This document shows, piece by piece, positions 54,465 through 62,559 of a DNA stretch of 64,000 nt. The stretch is from the IMG/VR virus record IMGVR_UViG_3300032607_001050. One strand, written 5' to 3'. Every line of letters begins with the position of its first letter. Position 1 is the stretch's first letter. Below the pieces are notes generated by a model that made no database searches, was not told the origin of the DNA, and was given only the letters and a program-made list of their open reading frames with translations. This stretch comes from an uncultured virus (IMG/VR IMGVR_UViG_3300032607_001050) (taxonomy: Duplodnaviria > Heunggongvirae > Uroviricota > Caudoviricetes). The position numbers were made by a program, and so were the translations under genes.

Positions 54465-56567
54465 TTAGTTACTAGGGCGCAGGCGGGCGCCGTTGTTTTT
54501 CATCATTTCGAGTTCGTTCTGGCCGACGTTTGCACGCGGGATGTACTGGGTGCGCCCGTCTTTGGTCACGGCGTAGTCACCGCGGCCGATCTTGGGGCGG
54601 ACAAGCCCCTCGAAGAAACCGACCTCACTGACGTCCGCCCCGTCGAAGTCCGGCAGGGTGGACGACTCAGGACTGTCTTTGCCCAGGCCGACGTAGTTCA
54701 GGTATCCGGGGTCGCGCAGCCTGTTGGCGCCATCAGTGACCTTGTAGGCCGAGAGCACCTTCTGCCACACAGAGTTTTGACCGGCCTCGTCCATCTGGTC
54801 GAAGCCGGGGGCGATGGAATTCGTCAGAGCGCGGACCTGTTGCAGACGCGCTGGGTCTATCTTGTCGTCGACGATGGCCAGGGACTCGAGGCGGCGGGTA
54901 GCGTTCTCGCTGGACTTAAAGCCACGCGCCTGTTCGGCGGTTTTCTCGGCGTTAGCGGCGTCGCTGCGCCCGGCTTCGAAGGTGCGGTCGGCAATGAACC
55001 GGTCTTGCTGGGTCTTCATCGCGGAAGCTCGGGCGGTGCGGTCGGCGACTTCGTTTGTGCGCTCGGCGGTGAGCAGGTCAGTGGCATTTTTCTGAGTTGC
55101 TGCAAACTCGCGCTGCAGCGTGTCGCGCCGGTCCATCAGCATCTTCCTCTCATTGAGGCTGGCCGTGCCGGCAATCTGCCGGTCGATGCCGCTGGTGTCC
55201 AACGTGCGGCCGGCAAGCTCCCGGCGCTCGACCTTCTCCTGGCGATCCTGCTCGGTCTGTGCGTAGCCGGCCTGCAGGTTTCGCTCGGCACCATCGCGCA
55301 GTGAGCGCTCTCTGTAAGCCGCGCTCTGTGTGTACGGCGTTGAGTTGCCGGGCGCGGCGGGCGCGGCGGCATTTGCGGCAGATGGGTTACCGCGCAGGTT
55401 GGAGAAGTCGCGCACGCCGTCGGTAGTGAGCTGGGTGATGCTGCCGAAGCCCTTGCTGGCGGAGAACTTGTTAAAGACGGCGTCGTCGTCGGTGTATGGG
55501 TCGCGCAGCGCAGCTGGTTTTGCAGAGGCTGCGACAGCTTGTGCGTCACCCGGTGCCAAAGCGTCCGGCCGCCGCCCTGTACCGGCGGCCATGCCGCCAG
55601 CCACTGCGGTAGCGGTGTTGGCCATGCGGGACGCGCCGCTGCCTGCGCGCAACAGACCGCCGACAGCGCCTGTGAGCGGGCCTGTTGCATTGAGTGCGTT
55701 ACCGACATTACGACCCACCTCAGTGTCAGTAAAGGCGTTATAGGGCAGCGCCGCTGGTGCGGGGGCATAACCGTCGGTCGGGATGGCGTTGACGTTGGCG
55801 CGGTTCTCGACGCTAGTGCCTGGCGGGCCGCCATTGCCGACCTTGGACAGTACGTCGGCCGCTGCGTAACCGGCTGCGCCAGCGAAGCCGTTCTTCACCA
55901 GGTCTTTGACCATGGGCATGGCGGATTGGCGCAGGGAGGTGGCGGCCGCAGCTGGAGGAACAGACGGAGGAACAGACGGAGTGCCCACGCCCGTCTGGAA
56001 CGGCCCAGTGCGCCCGGCTTGGTAGACGCGCGCTTCAGCGGAGCCGCCGGGGCCGACATTTGGGTTGCCGCCGCGCATACGGGCGTCTGTCGCACCGGAC
56101 GTGTCGAAGCGCCCAGCTGCTGGGCCTTCGCCCAGCACGTCGCCAGCACCCGGCATAGTGAAGCCCGAGCGCGTCGCCACCGCGTTGGCGGGCGTGCCAC
56201 CAATACGCACGCGGTCAGGAAACTCTGGCACATCGCTGGGCATGGTGAAGCCCGAGCGCGTGGCCAACGCTCCACCGTCCGCCATGCGCAGAGTCTTGCC
56301 CCGCTGCTCAGCCACCGGCGTGTGCGTGGCGTCCTTGATGGCGTCGAGCTTGTCGTAGCCGATCATTTCGGCGGTGTCTGCCGGCAGCACGTACTCGCCG
56401 TTGGCGTACTCAGCCTTGACGGTATCCACCGTGCCGTCGCCAGCGCCTTCGACGCGGCCGCCGCGCAGGCTGCCCTTTTGGTAGACGCCGTCGGCCCAGC
56501 GCTTCATGCCGCCGTCGGCCATGCGCAGGGTCATCTTTTTCTCGGGGTAGCTGCGCATGGAGTTCAT
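54465..56567 (-). CDS. Putative internal virion/ejection protein
   Basis: LRMADGG repeats, G.GDGT.D...NGEYVLPAD motif, Ala/Gly-rich; precedes the giant gene. Confidence 0.65.
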   Translation of the reverse strand: MNSMRSYPEKKMTLRMADGGMKRWADGVYQKGSLRGGRVEGAGDGTVDTVKAEYANGEYVLPADTAEMIGYDKLDAIKDATHTPVAEQRGKTLRMADGGALATRSGFTMPSDVPEFPDRVRIGGTPANAVATRSGFTMPGAGDVLGEGPAAGRFDTSGATDARMRGGNPNVGPGGSAEARVYQAGRTGPFQTGVGTPSVPPSVPPAAAATSLRQSAMPMVKDLVKNGFAGAAGYAAADVLSKVGNGGPPGTSVENRANVNAIPTDGYAPAPAALPYNAFTDTEVGRNVGNALNATGPLTGAVGGLLRAGSGASRMANTATAVAGGMAAGTGRRPDALAPGDAQAVAASAKPAALRDPYTDDDAVFNKFSASKGFGSITQLTTDGVRDFSNLRGNPSAANAAAPAAPGNSTPYTQSAAYRERSLRDGAERNLQAGYAQTEQDRQEKVERRELAGRTLDTSGIDRQIAGTASLNERKMLMDRRDTLQREFAATQKNATDLLTAERTNEVADRTARASAMKTQQDRFIADRTFEAGRSDAANAEKTAEQARGFKSSENATRRLESLAIVDDKIDPARLQQVRALTNSIAPGFDQMDEAGQNSVWQKVLSAYKVTDGANRLRDPGYLNYVGLGKDSPESSTLPDFDGADVSEVGFFEGLVRPKIGRGDYAVTKDGRTQYIPRANVGQNELEMMKNNGARLRPSN

Positions 56568-56580
56568 GACGATCTTTCTT

Positions 56581-56600
56581 AATCTAAGTTAGATTTTAGA
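56581..56600 (-). promoter_or_regulatory. TCTAAnTTAGA palindrome plus half-site
   Basis: AATCTAAGTTAGATT perfect 7-1-7, plus TTAGA 7 bp further. Confidence 0.75.
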
Positions 56601-56610
56601 CTGTAAGTGC

Positions 56611-58266
56611 TCATACTGAGCCGGAGTAGTTTGTATTGGTCCCGACCGAGTCAGAACTGGCGACGCTGCTCGACCAGCCGTAGTTGTAGCTGTTGGTCTC
56701 GCCGCGCGACACCGACTCTGATGCGCCGCGGCTTTCTGACACGCTGCCTGACAGATTGATGGCCGAGAGTGCCGAGGCGGCCATCTGGGCCGACACCTGG
56801 GAGCCTGCCTTGGCCGAATCGACCAGCAGGGCCATCTTCTGGGTCAGGTTGGCGATGTTGGCTTTGGCCCCTTCGATGCGGACATCGGCAGCGGCCCTTA
56901 AGTACGTAACCTCAGAGCGGTAGGCCTCGGTCTCGGCTGCCATGCGCCCGGTCTGGCCCTGCACTTGAGCGTTATAAGACTGCACGTCCTTGCCGTAGAC
57001 ATCGGCCAGCGTGCCGTACTGCGAGCCCTTGGCGCGGAAGTACTCGCCGTAAGCGTCAACTTGGGCGGCATAGGTCTCGACGCGGTTTTTGTTGGTGGCG
57101 GCCACTACGTTGGTGGCGTCGACCTTGGCCTTGTACAGATCGACGATCTTGCCGGCAGCCTGAATCTGGGCGCTGTAGACCTGGACCGCCTGTTCGTTGA
57201 TGGTGCCGGTAAGGCGCTGGCCTTCGATGTCGGCCTTGTACTGATCGAGCTTGCTCAGTTCGGCCTGCATTGCGCCCTTCCACTGGTCGATCTTTGCGGC
57301 GTAGGCCTGCACATCGGCACTGTAGCGCGTCACCTCGCTCTGGTAGATGTCGATTGCCACTTGCTGTGCGTAACGCGCCGCATCGAATCCGCGCTGGGCA
57401 ACCTGGCTGGCGTAGGCGATGAGGCCGGACTCGAGCTTGATGGCGTTGTCCATGGCGAACTGGCGATTGCCCTGCTCCATCTTGGCTTGCTCAATCGCCA
57501 CCTCGCGCGACAAGGTGCTGCTGGCGTCTTGTGCAGACTGCGCTGCTCGCGCCAGCTCGACTGCCAGCATGCCCGGCGGCTTGGAGAAGCCCCGTGCAGC
57601 GAAGCTCCGCAGCGCCTGCTGGCTTTTTTGCGCAGCGTTGAGGGCCTCGCGCGCACGACCCCGGTCCCATAGCGCCTGCTCGACCGCTGGCTCAAGGCCT
57701 GTGGCGGCACCATCGACCCAGGCTTGCAGCCGGGTGCGCAAGCTGGTCAACAGGGTCGATGTGTAGGTGGTCTCAAGAAACTCAAAGGTATCGCTGGCAA
57801 CCGTAGGTCCGCCGGGCAGCACCGCACCGAAGACGGGCAAGTTGAGCAAGACGGTCAACGGTACGGTGATGGTCTTTAGCGTCGGCACGCTAGGCAACAC
57901 CACATCGGTCGGCGCCACCGGTAACGCGATGGTGTCGAGTGTGGGCGAGGACGGCGCTGTCACAGTGAAGTCTGTGGTGATGGCGGTGGTGAACGCGGCG
58001 GGTCGGGTCGGCACAGTAGGCGCTGCATAAACGCCGATAGTCTTGGTGGTTGCGGCCAGCACCTCGGCCAGCACCGGGATGGTGGACACCGTGTTGGCCG
58101 TGGTCGCCAAGGACGTCAGAAAAGTATTTGCCGAGGTGACCGCGCTTGAGGCATATGTCTGCGCGGTGGTCCAGCCGGTGGAGACGAGGTTGCCCGCGTT
58201 GATGTTGCTGAGGGCGATCGACCCGACGGTGGCCTTTTGAGCTATCTGGGGAGTAACTGCGGGCAT
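56611..58266 (-). CDS. Virion protein with long helical region (ejection/tail candidate)
   Basis: TGL...VEQALW.R.R, RGF..PPG, long Y/A/Q-rich helical run. Confidence 0.65.
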   Translation of the reverse strand: MPAVTPQIAQKATVGSIALSNINAGNLVSTGWTTAQTYASSAVTSANTFLTSLATTANTVSTIPVLAEVLAATTKTIGVYAAPTVPTRPAAFTTAITTDFTVTAPSSPTLDTIALPVAPTDVVLPSVPTLKTITVPLTVLLNLPVFGAVLPGGPTVASDTFEFLETTYTSTLLTSLRTRLQAWVDGAATGLEPAVEQALWDRGRAREALNAAQKSQQALRSFAARGFSKPPGMLAVELARAAQSAQDASSTLSREVAIEQAKMEQGNRQFAMDNAIKLESGLIAYASQVAQRGFDAARYAQQVAIDIYQSEVTRYSADVQAYAAKIDQWKGAMQAELSKLDQYKADIEGQRLTGTINEQAVQVYSAQIQAAGKIVDLYKAKVDATNVVAATNKNRVETYAAQVDAYGEYFRAKGSQYGTLADVYGKDVQSYNAQVQGQTGRMAAETEAYRSEVTYLRAAADVRIEGAKANIANLTQKMALLVDSAKAGSQVSAQMAASALSAINLSGSVSESRGASESVSRGETNSYNYGWSSSVASSDSVGTNTNYSGSV

Positions 58267-58278
58267 GGTGGGCTGTCC

Positions 58279-59187
58279 TTATGCGGAGTATGTCAAGTAG
58301 GTGGTGATGTCTGGCTGCGGGATGCTAGGGCGCGCGAGACTCACCGTCGTAATGGGCGCAGGGATTGGGCCCGCGACCGCCGCGACTCCCCTGGCGTCGT
58401 GCCGGAACAATCTGTCGGTCGAGCTGGTGTCGGTGGTGTAGTGGCCGTTCGTGGTGTTGCTGCCCATGCCGTCCGAGCCGCCTAGGCTGGTGACCCTGGA
58501 ATCCGCCGCGGTGGACGTAACCCCTAGTGGCGTCAGAGAGTAGGCGCCATAGTCCCACTGCCAGGCCCGGGCGTAGAGGGAGTAGAACGCTACGCCGCCG
58601 CCGAACGGGTCTTGTACGGGGTAGGAATACTTCATTTCTCCCCCGAACCGCTGCCCGTCGGCAGACATGGTATTGACGATGAAGCCAAACCCCGCACCCT
58701 CCCAGTCCAGATAGCGCTTGCCCGTCACGCTGCTGTTGACCCACGCGCGGTAGTGGGAGAGGTACGTCATCCGGCCGTTGACGAGGCCGACTGCTTTTTC
58801 CCTGTCGTAATCGTTTCCGATCGTTATCACCTCGTTTGCCTGCGCCAGGGGCGGCTGCGGGCGAGTGATCGCCAGAGAGATTGCCCCTGTCCTGCGCACC
58901 TCGTCCTTGAATGTTGCCTTGATGAAGTTGGCGACGCGGACGGCATCGTCATCGTGCGTGTCGGCTTCTGTGACAACGACACTAGCGAGAGGAACGTGTA
59001 TGGCGACGTAATCCTGGCCGAACATACTCGCCACGGTGAGCTCTACGCCGCCGGCCATCGTGAGGTTGCGCATCATCTGCTGCAGCCCGCCCAGCGCCAT
59101 ATGGGTCTTCATCTCGGCCAGCCGGGACTGCGCCAGTCCGAGGTATGTAGCGGCGGCGTCGCGGTCGCCTGAGAGTTCCTTACGCAT
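58279..59187 (-). CDS. Tail-associated protein
   Basis: Start taken at ATG 59187, overlapping the upstream stop. Confidence 0.6.
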   Translation of the reverse strand: MRKELSGDRDAAATYLGLAQSRLAEMKTHMALGGLQQMMRNLTMAGGVELTVASMFGQDYVAIHVPLASVVVTEADTHDDDAVRVANFIKATFKDEVRRTGAISLAITRPQPPLAQANEVITIGNDYDREKAVGLVNGRMTYLSHYRAWVNSSVTGKRYLDWEGAGFGFIVNTMSADGQRFGGEMKYSYPVQDPFGGGVAFYSLYARAWQWDYGAYSLTPLGVTSTAADSRVTSLGGSDGMGSNTTNGHYTTDTSSTDRLFRHDARGVAAVAGPIPAPITTVSLARPSIPQPDITTYLTYSA

Positions 59188-60874
59188 GGGGACGGCGCTG
59201 ACGTGGAGAGGGGACCACCTCGAGCTCGTCGAGCGAAAAATCGCCGCCCAAGGTGTTGCCCAGCTCGAAGCGCCAGTAACGTCCGGCCAGACCCTTGCCG
59301 ACCTTGACCCGGCTGCCATGCAGCTGGTCGGCCGGGCGCAGTGCCGGTAGTTCGTAGAGTCGCGCGCTCTGGTCGTCCACTGCCACGCTCAGCTGCAGCG
59401 CGGTGCTGGCGCGGTAACCCAGATAGAGCCGCTCGACGCCCTTATCAAAGGACGAGCCAAAGTCGGTGTTGCCCATACTGACCGTGGCAGCGATGGCCAC
59501 GCCGGCGTCGCTGTCGCCCACCAGCTCGAAGATGCCCGCAGCACTGGCACCGAGGTAGGTGCCATTGAAGGCGGCCAGGCTGTTAAACGCAAAGCCGCTG
59601 TAGCTCGTGATCCGGCTACCGGGGTCGATGGGCCGGCCCGGGCGCTGCGCCGGGGCGCTCGCGCGCAGGGCAACCGCCCCGCTCGACCACAGAGCGATGT
59701 AGCGCTCGGCCTCGGGGATGAATAAGCCGGCCCCAGTGCCCGACGCGGCAAAGTTGTAGCTGCCGCGCGTCAAGTTGTCGATCTCCAGCCCCGGCGTGCC
59801 CATGCAGATGCCCTGCGTGCTCAGCCACAGCGGGATCGGCCGTGCGCCCAGCGAGCCGTCGCCGATGGACACGCCCTCGGCGTAGGCCAGCGTACCGGGA
59901 ATGGCGCCGTAACCGGTCTTGGCCACGTACTGGAAGTCGTCGGGCCCGCTGCCGGCCAGAATGCCGCAGCCGGCGCTGGTGCCGACAAACAGCCCGCCTG
60001 CGCCGCCTTTGTCTTCCAGCGGAGCCAGCAGCGTGATGGGCGCACCCAGGTCAATGTAGTTGCGGAGGTCGAACAGTTCGGGCGCAAACGGCTCGGACAT
60101 GTAGAGCACGTTGCCGGCAGCCACGAGCATGTAGCCCTTGTAGTACGCGACCAACTGTCCGGCCGGAGCCGGCTGCAGGAACTGCGTAGCCAACTGAAAA
60201 GTCAACGCCGCCACAGTTGATGCGGTGAGGTCCGAGGTAAGTGTGGTGCGCGGCAGCGTGGCGGCCAGGTAGAGCAGCTCGCCGTTCGGCGTCGTCATGT
60301 AGATGTTGCGCGAGGCCACGCTGGTGTCGGCAAGCGTCGGCAATGTAATTCGGATGCTCTGGTTGCCGGCGACGATCACTTCGGTGGCCAGACCTGCACC
60401 CGACTCCTGCCCGTCCGTGCGCACGCTGGTGATCGCGCACTGGTAGCGGCCGGCCATCAGGCTGCCAGTGACGAGCGCAGCGCCGGGGGCAGCTGGCACG
60501 GCCAGGCCCCACGACCGCGTTACGCCGGATTCGAACACGCCTGAGATGGCGGCATCGGAGAAATAAACCCGCTCGCCTGCCTGGCAGTAGCTCATGGTGG
60601 CACCACTGACTGAGGACAGCGCGCTGGTGGTGAAGTCGGCGTTGAGGCGCATCAGCTGCGTGCCGGACACAAACAGCGCCTGTGTGCCGCTGGCCCAGAG
60701 CGAGTGCGCCGCCGTGGCGTTGCGCCGGGTAAAACCCTGTCGCCGTGCCAGCCGTCCAGACTTGTCGATATCGACGTTGTCGGCGATCAGCAAGTCAGCG
60801 GGCGTGAACCGCTCGGACTCGACGTTGTTGCGCAGCCCCGAGAACGCCTTGTATTTAACGCCGTCGCTCGCCAT
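59180..60874 (-). CDS. Tail nozzle/stabilisation-like beta-rich protein
   Basis: FSGLRN...NVDID..G.L.RR.G N-terminus; repeated beta strands; GGAGG RBS. Confidence 0.65.
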   Translation of the reverse strand: MASDGVKYKAFSGLRNNVESERFTPADLLIADNVDIDKSGRLARRQGFTRRNATAAHSLWASGTQALFVSGTQLMRLNADFTTSALSSVSGATMSYCQAGERVYFSDAAISGVFESGVTRSWGLAVPAAPGAALVTGSLMAGRYQCAITSVRTDGQESGAGLATEVIVAGNQSIRITLPTLADTSVASRNIYMTTPNGELLYLAATLPRTTLTSDLTASTVAALTFQLATQFLQPAPAGQLVAYYKGYMLVAAGNVLYMSEPFAPELFDLRNYIDLGAPITLLAPLEDKGGAGGLFVGTSAGCGILAGSGPDDFQYVAKTGYGAIPGTLAYAEGVSIGDGSLGARPIPLWLSTQGICMGTPGLEIDNLTRGSYNFAASGTGAGLFIPEAERYIALWSSGAVALRASAPAQRPGRPIDPGSRITSYSGFAFNSLAAFNGTYLGASAAGIFELVGDSDAGVAIAATVSMGNTDFGSSFDKGVERLYLGYRASTALQLSVAVDDQSARLYELPALRPADQLHGSRVKVGKGLAGRYWRFELGNTLGGDFSLDELEVVPSPRQRRPHA

Positions 60875-60928
60875 AGCACCTCCCGGGTTTGCGCCGCAGC
60901 GCGGTGTAAATAAGCCAATGGGCTCGCC

Positions 60929-60941
60929 ATTCTAACTTAGA
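60929..60941 (-). promoter_or_regulatory. TCTAAnTTAGA motif at the tail operon promoter
   Basis: - strand TCTAAGTTAGAAT; 14-bp identity (CATTCTAACTTAGA) with the terS site. Confidence 0.75.
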
Positions 60942-60957
60942 TGACAGATTATAAGGT

Positions 60958-61070
60958 GTGCCGCGAACGGTCCCAAGGCGGACTATTCGCGGCACTGCAG
61001 GGGTTGGGTAGGGCATGAAAAACCCGAATGACGCCCACCCCTGCTGGGGCTGGTGCCACTGTTCTTTTTT
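60958..61070. ncRNA. Two-hairpin structured intergenic element
   Basis: GTGCCGCGAA/TTCGCGGCAC and GCAGGGGT/ACCCCTGC stems, then T6 on the + strand. Confidence 0.35.
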
Positions 61071-61116
61071 AACTATCTGACGCTGTCTTCGTCGCTTGCA
61101 TTTGTTTGTCCGTTCG

Positions 61117-61341
61117 TTAATTTGCCAGCGCGGCAGACCGGCAATCCCGGTACTGGTTCGCTGTCTCCACTAGCTTGACTACCGTAGCACCAAAGCTGTC
61201 ATCAAGGAGTGGCGACAGCTCTGGGCAACTTGAAACCACCAACGGTGTCGGCTGACTGGCCGGTGAGCGCGGCGTTGATGCGAGACAGCCCGCCAGCAGT
61301 GTTGACGCAATCACGATAGACAGGGTTGTTTTCAACTTCAC
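61117..61341 (-). CDS. o-spanin (Rz1-like lipoprotein)
   Basis: Signal peptide with LLAGC lipobox, Pro-rich, overlaps the i-spanin; start estimated at GTG 61341. Confidence 0.75.
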   Translation of the reverse strand: MKLKTTLSIVIASTLLAGCLASTPRSPASQPTPLVVSSCPELSPLLDDSFGATVVKLVETANQYRDCRSAALAN

Positions 61342-61561
61342 GGCGTACCTCTTGGACGATGGTGGTGTTCTTGGGTCGATTCCCGGCAATGGCTTTGGCA
61401 GCACCTTGCTGAGCTGCCTCTCTGGTTTCACGAACAATGGCGTCGGCCTTGGCATTGAAAGCAACTACGCTGTCTGCGCCCGAGTTGTAGGAGAAGTAAG
61501 ACGCACTGCCTACGGAGGCTAGCCACCCTGCGGCGATGACGGACAGCAGGTAGGGGTTCAT
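61202..61561 (-). CDS. i-spanin (Rz-like)
   Basis: N-terminal TM, periplasmic helix, VYRDC; follows the endolysin. Confidence 0.75.
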   Translation of the reverse strand: MNPYLLSVIAAGWLASVGSASYFSYNSGADSVVAFNAKADAIVRETREAAQQGAAKAIAGNRPKNTTIVQEVRREVENNPVYRDCVNTAGGLSRINAALTGQSADTVGGFKLPRAVATP

Positions 61562-61574
61562 TGATGGATCCAGT

Positions 61575-62102
61575 TCACGCCAACACCTCTGTGGCTACCG
61601 CGTACCGTGCTTGCCTGTCGGCCAGCCCGTTTATGCCGCCGTTGATTCGTTTCGTTGCTTTGAGGAAGTCACCTGCGTCGGCAATCTCATTAAGCCCGTG
61701 CTTCTTCCACCACCAGGCTGCGCTCAGGGCTGCATAACCTGGCTTTCCGAGTAACTCGGGGGTAGATATGAAGTCGATGCCCAAGGCATCAGACAGCTCT
61801 TGGTAGTTATGCCGTCCAGTGATCTGGATCAAACCCCGACCACGGAAACGAGCGCCGTCACCTGTTTTGTTATTGCCCAAGTCAGCCCTGCCTTCGTAGC
61901 GCGACTGAGCTGGAGTTGGCCCCCAGATCTCTACGGCGTACTTGAAGCCGCCACTTTCATGGCCTACTTGTGCCAGGAACATGGCTTGTCTTGCTGAAGT
62001 ATTTATGTCGTACTCCAGCATGGACGCCTCGATGTACGGATGCCATTCCTCAGCACGGTCGATCCGAGCACCAGAAGCCAGAGCTAGTTGCTTTGGGGTC
62101 AT
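61575..62102 (-). CDS. Endolysin, glycoside hydrolase family 19
   Basis: FLAQVGHES, LGN...GDG.RFRGRGLIQITG..NY, TKRINGG.NGL.DR. Confidence 0.93.
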   Translation of the reverse strand: MTPKQLALASGARIDRAEEWHPYIEASMLEYDINTSARQAMFLAQVGHESGGFKYAVEIWGPTPAQSRYEGRADLGNNKTGDGARFRGRGLIQITGRHNYQELSDALGIDFISTPELLGKPGYAALSAAWWWKKHGLNEIADAGDFLKATKRINGGINGLADRQARYAVATEVLA

Positions 62103-62452
62103 ACGGGCGGCCAGCCGTCCATGATGGGCATAACAAGCCCTGGCTGTTGGTGAATAAAGGACTCGAGCTGGTAAATACGGCGGCGATACAGCGCCAGTTC
62201 CGCGGCCTGCTCCTGCTTTAACGTCAGCAACTCTGCGGCCCGCTCCTGCTTAAGCGACAGCAGTTCTGCTCGGAGGCTGGAGATTTCCTGTTGCAGTCTC
62301 GAGTTGAGCTCGTCTCTGGCCTCGGATTCACGCAACGCCGAAGCAGTGTCCTTGGCATCCAGATGAGCCAGCAACCACTTACCACCCCCACCGATTACCA
62401 GCAGGAAGCTGCCCAGCGAACCTATAAGTAAGGTGAGTGATTCGGCGCTCAT
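62099..62452 (-). CDS. Holin/antiholin-like protein (1 TM + coiled coil)
   Basis: N-terminal TM; directly upstream of the endolysin. Confidence 0.55.
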   Translation of the reverse strand: MSAESLTLLIGSLGSFLLVIGGGGKWLLAHLDAKDTASALRESEARDELNSRLQQEISSLRAELLSLKQERAAELLTLKQEQAAELALYRRRIYQLESFIHQQPGLVMPIMDGWPPV

Positions 62453-62559
62453 GAGCCGGCCCAGTCCGTGAAAATAACATGAGCGGTAGCTGCGCCTGCG
62501 AGTAGTTTGTCGAGCTTCATGAAAAGGTTCATAGTAGTAAAGCCAGCTAGAGTTTTGGG

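Noticed and set aside
62449..62532. 27-aa ORF upstream of the holin-like gene
   Set aside because: Too short, no clear RBS or TM segment; cannot be supported
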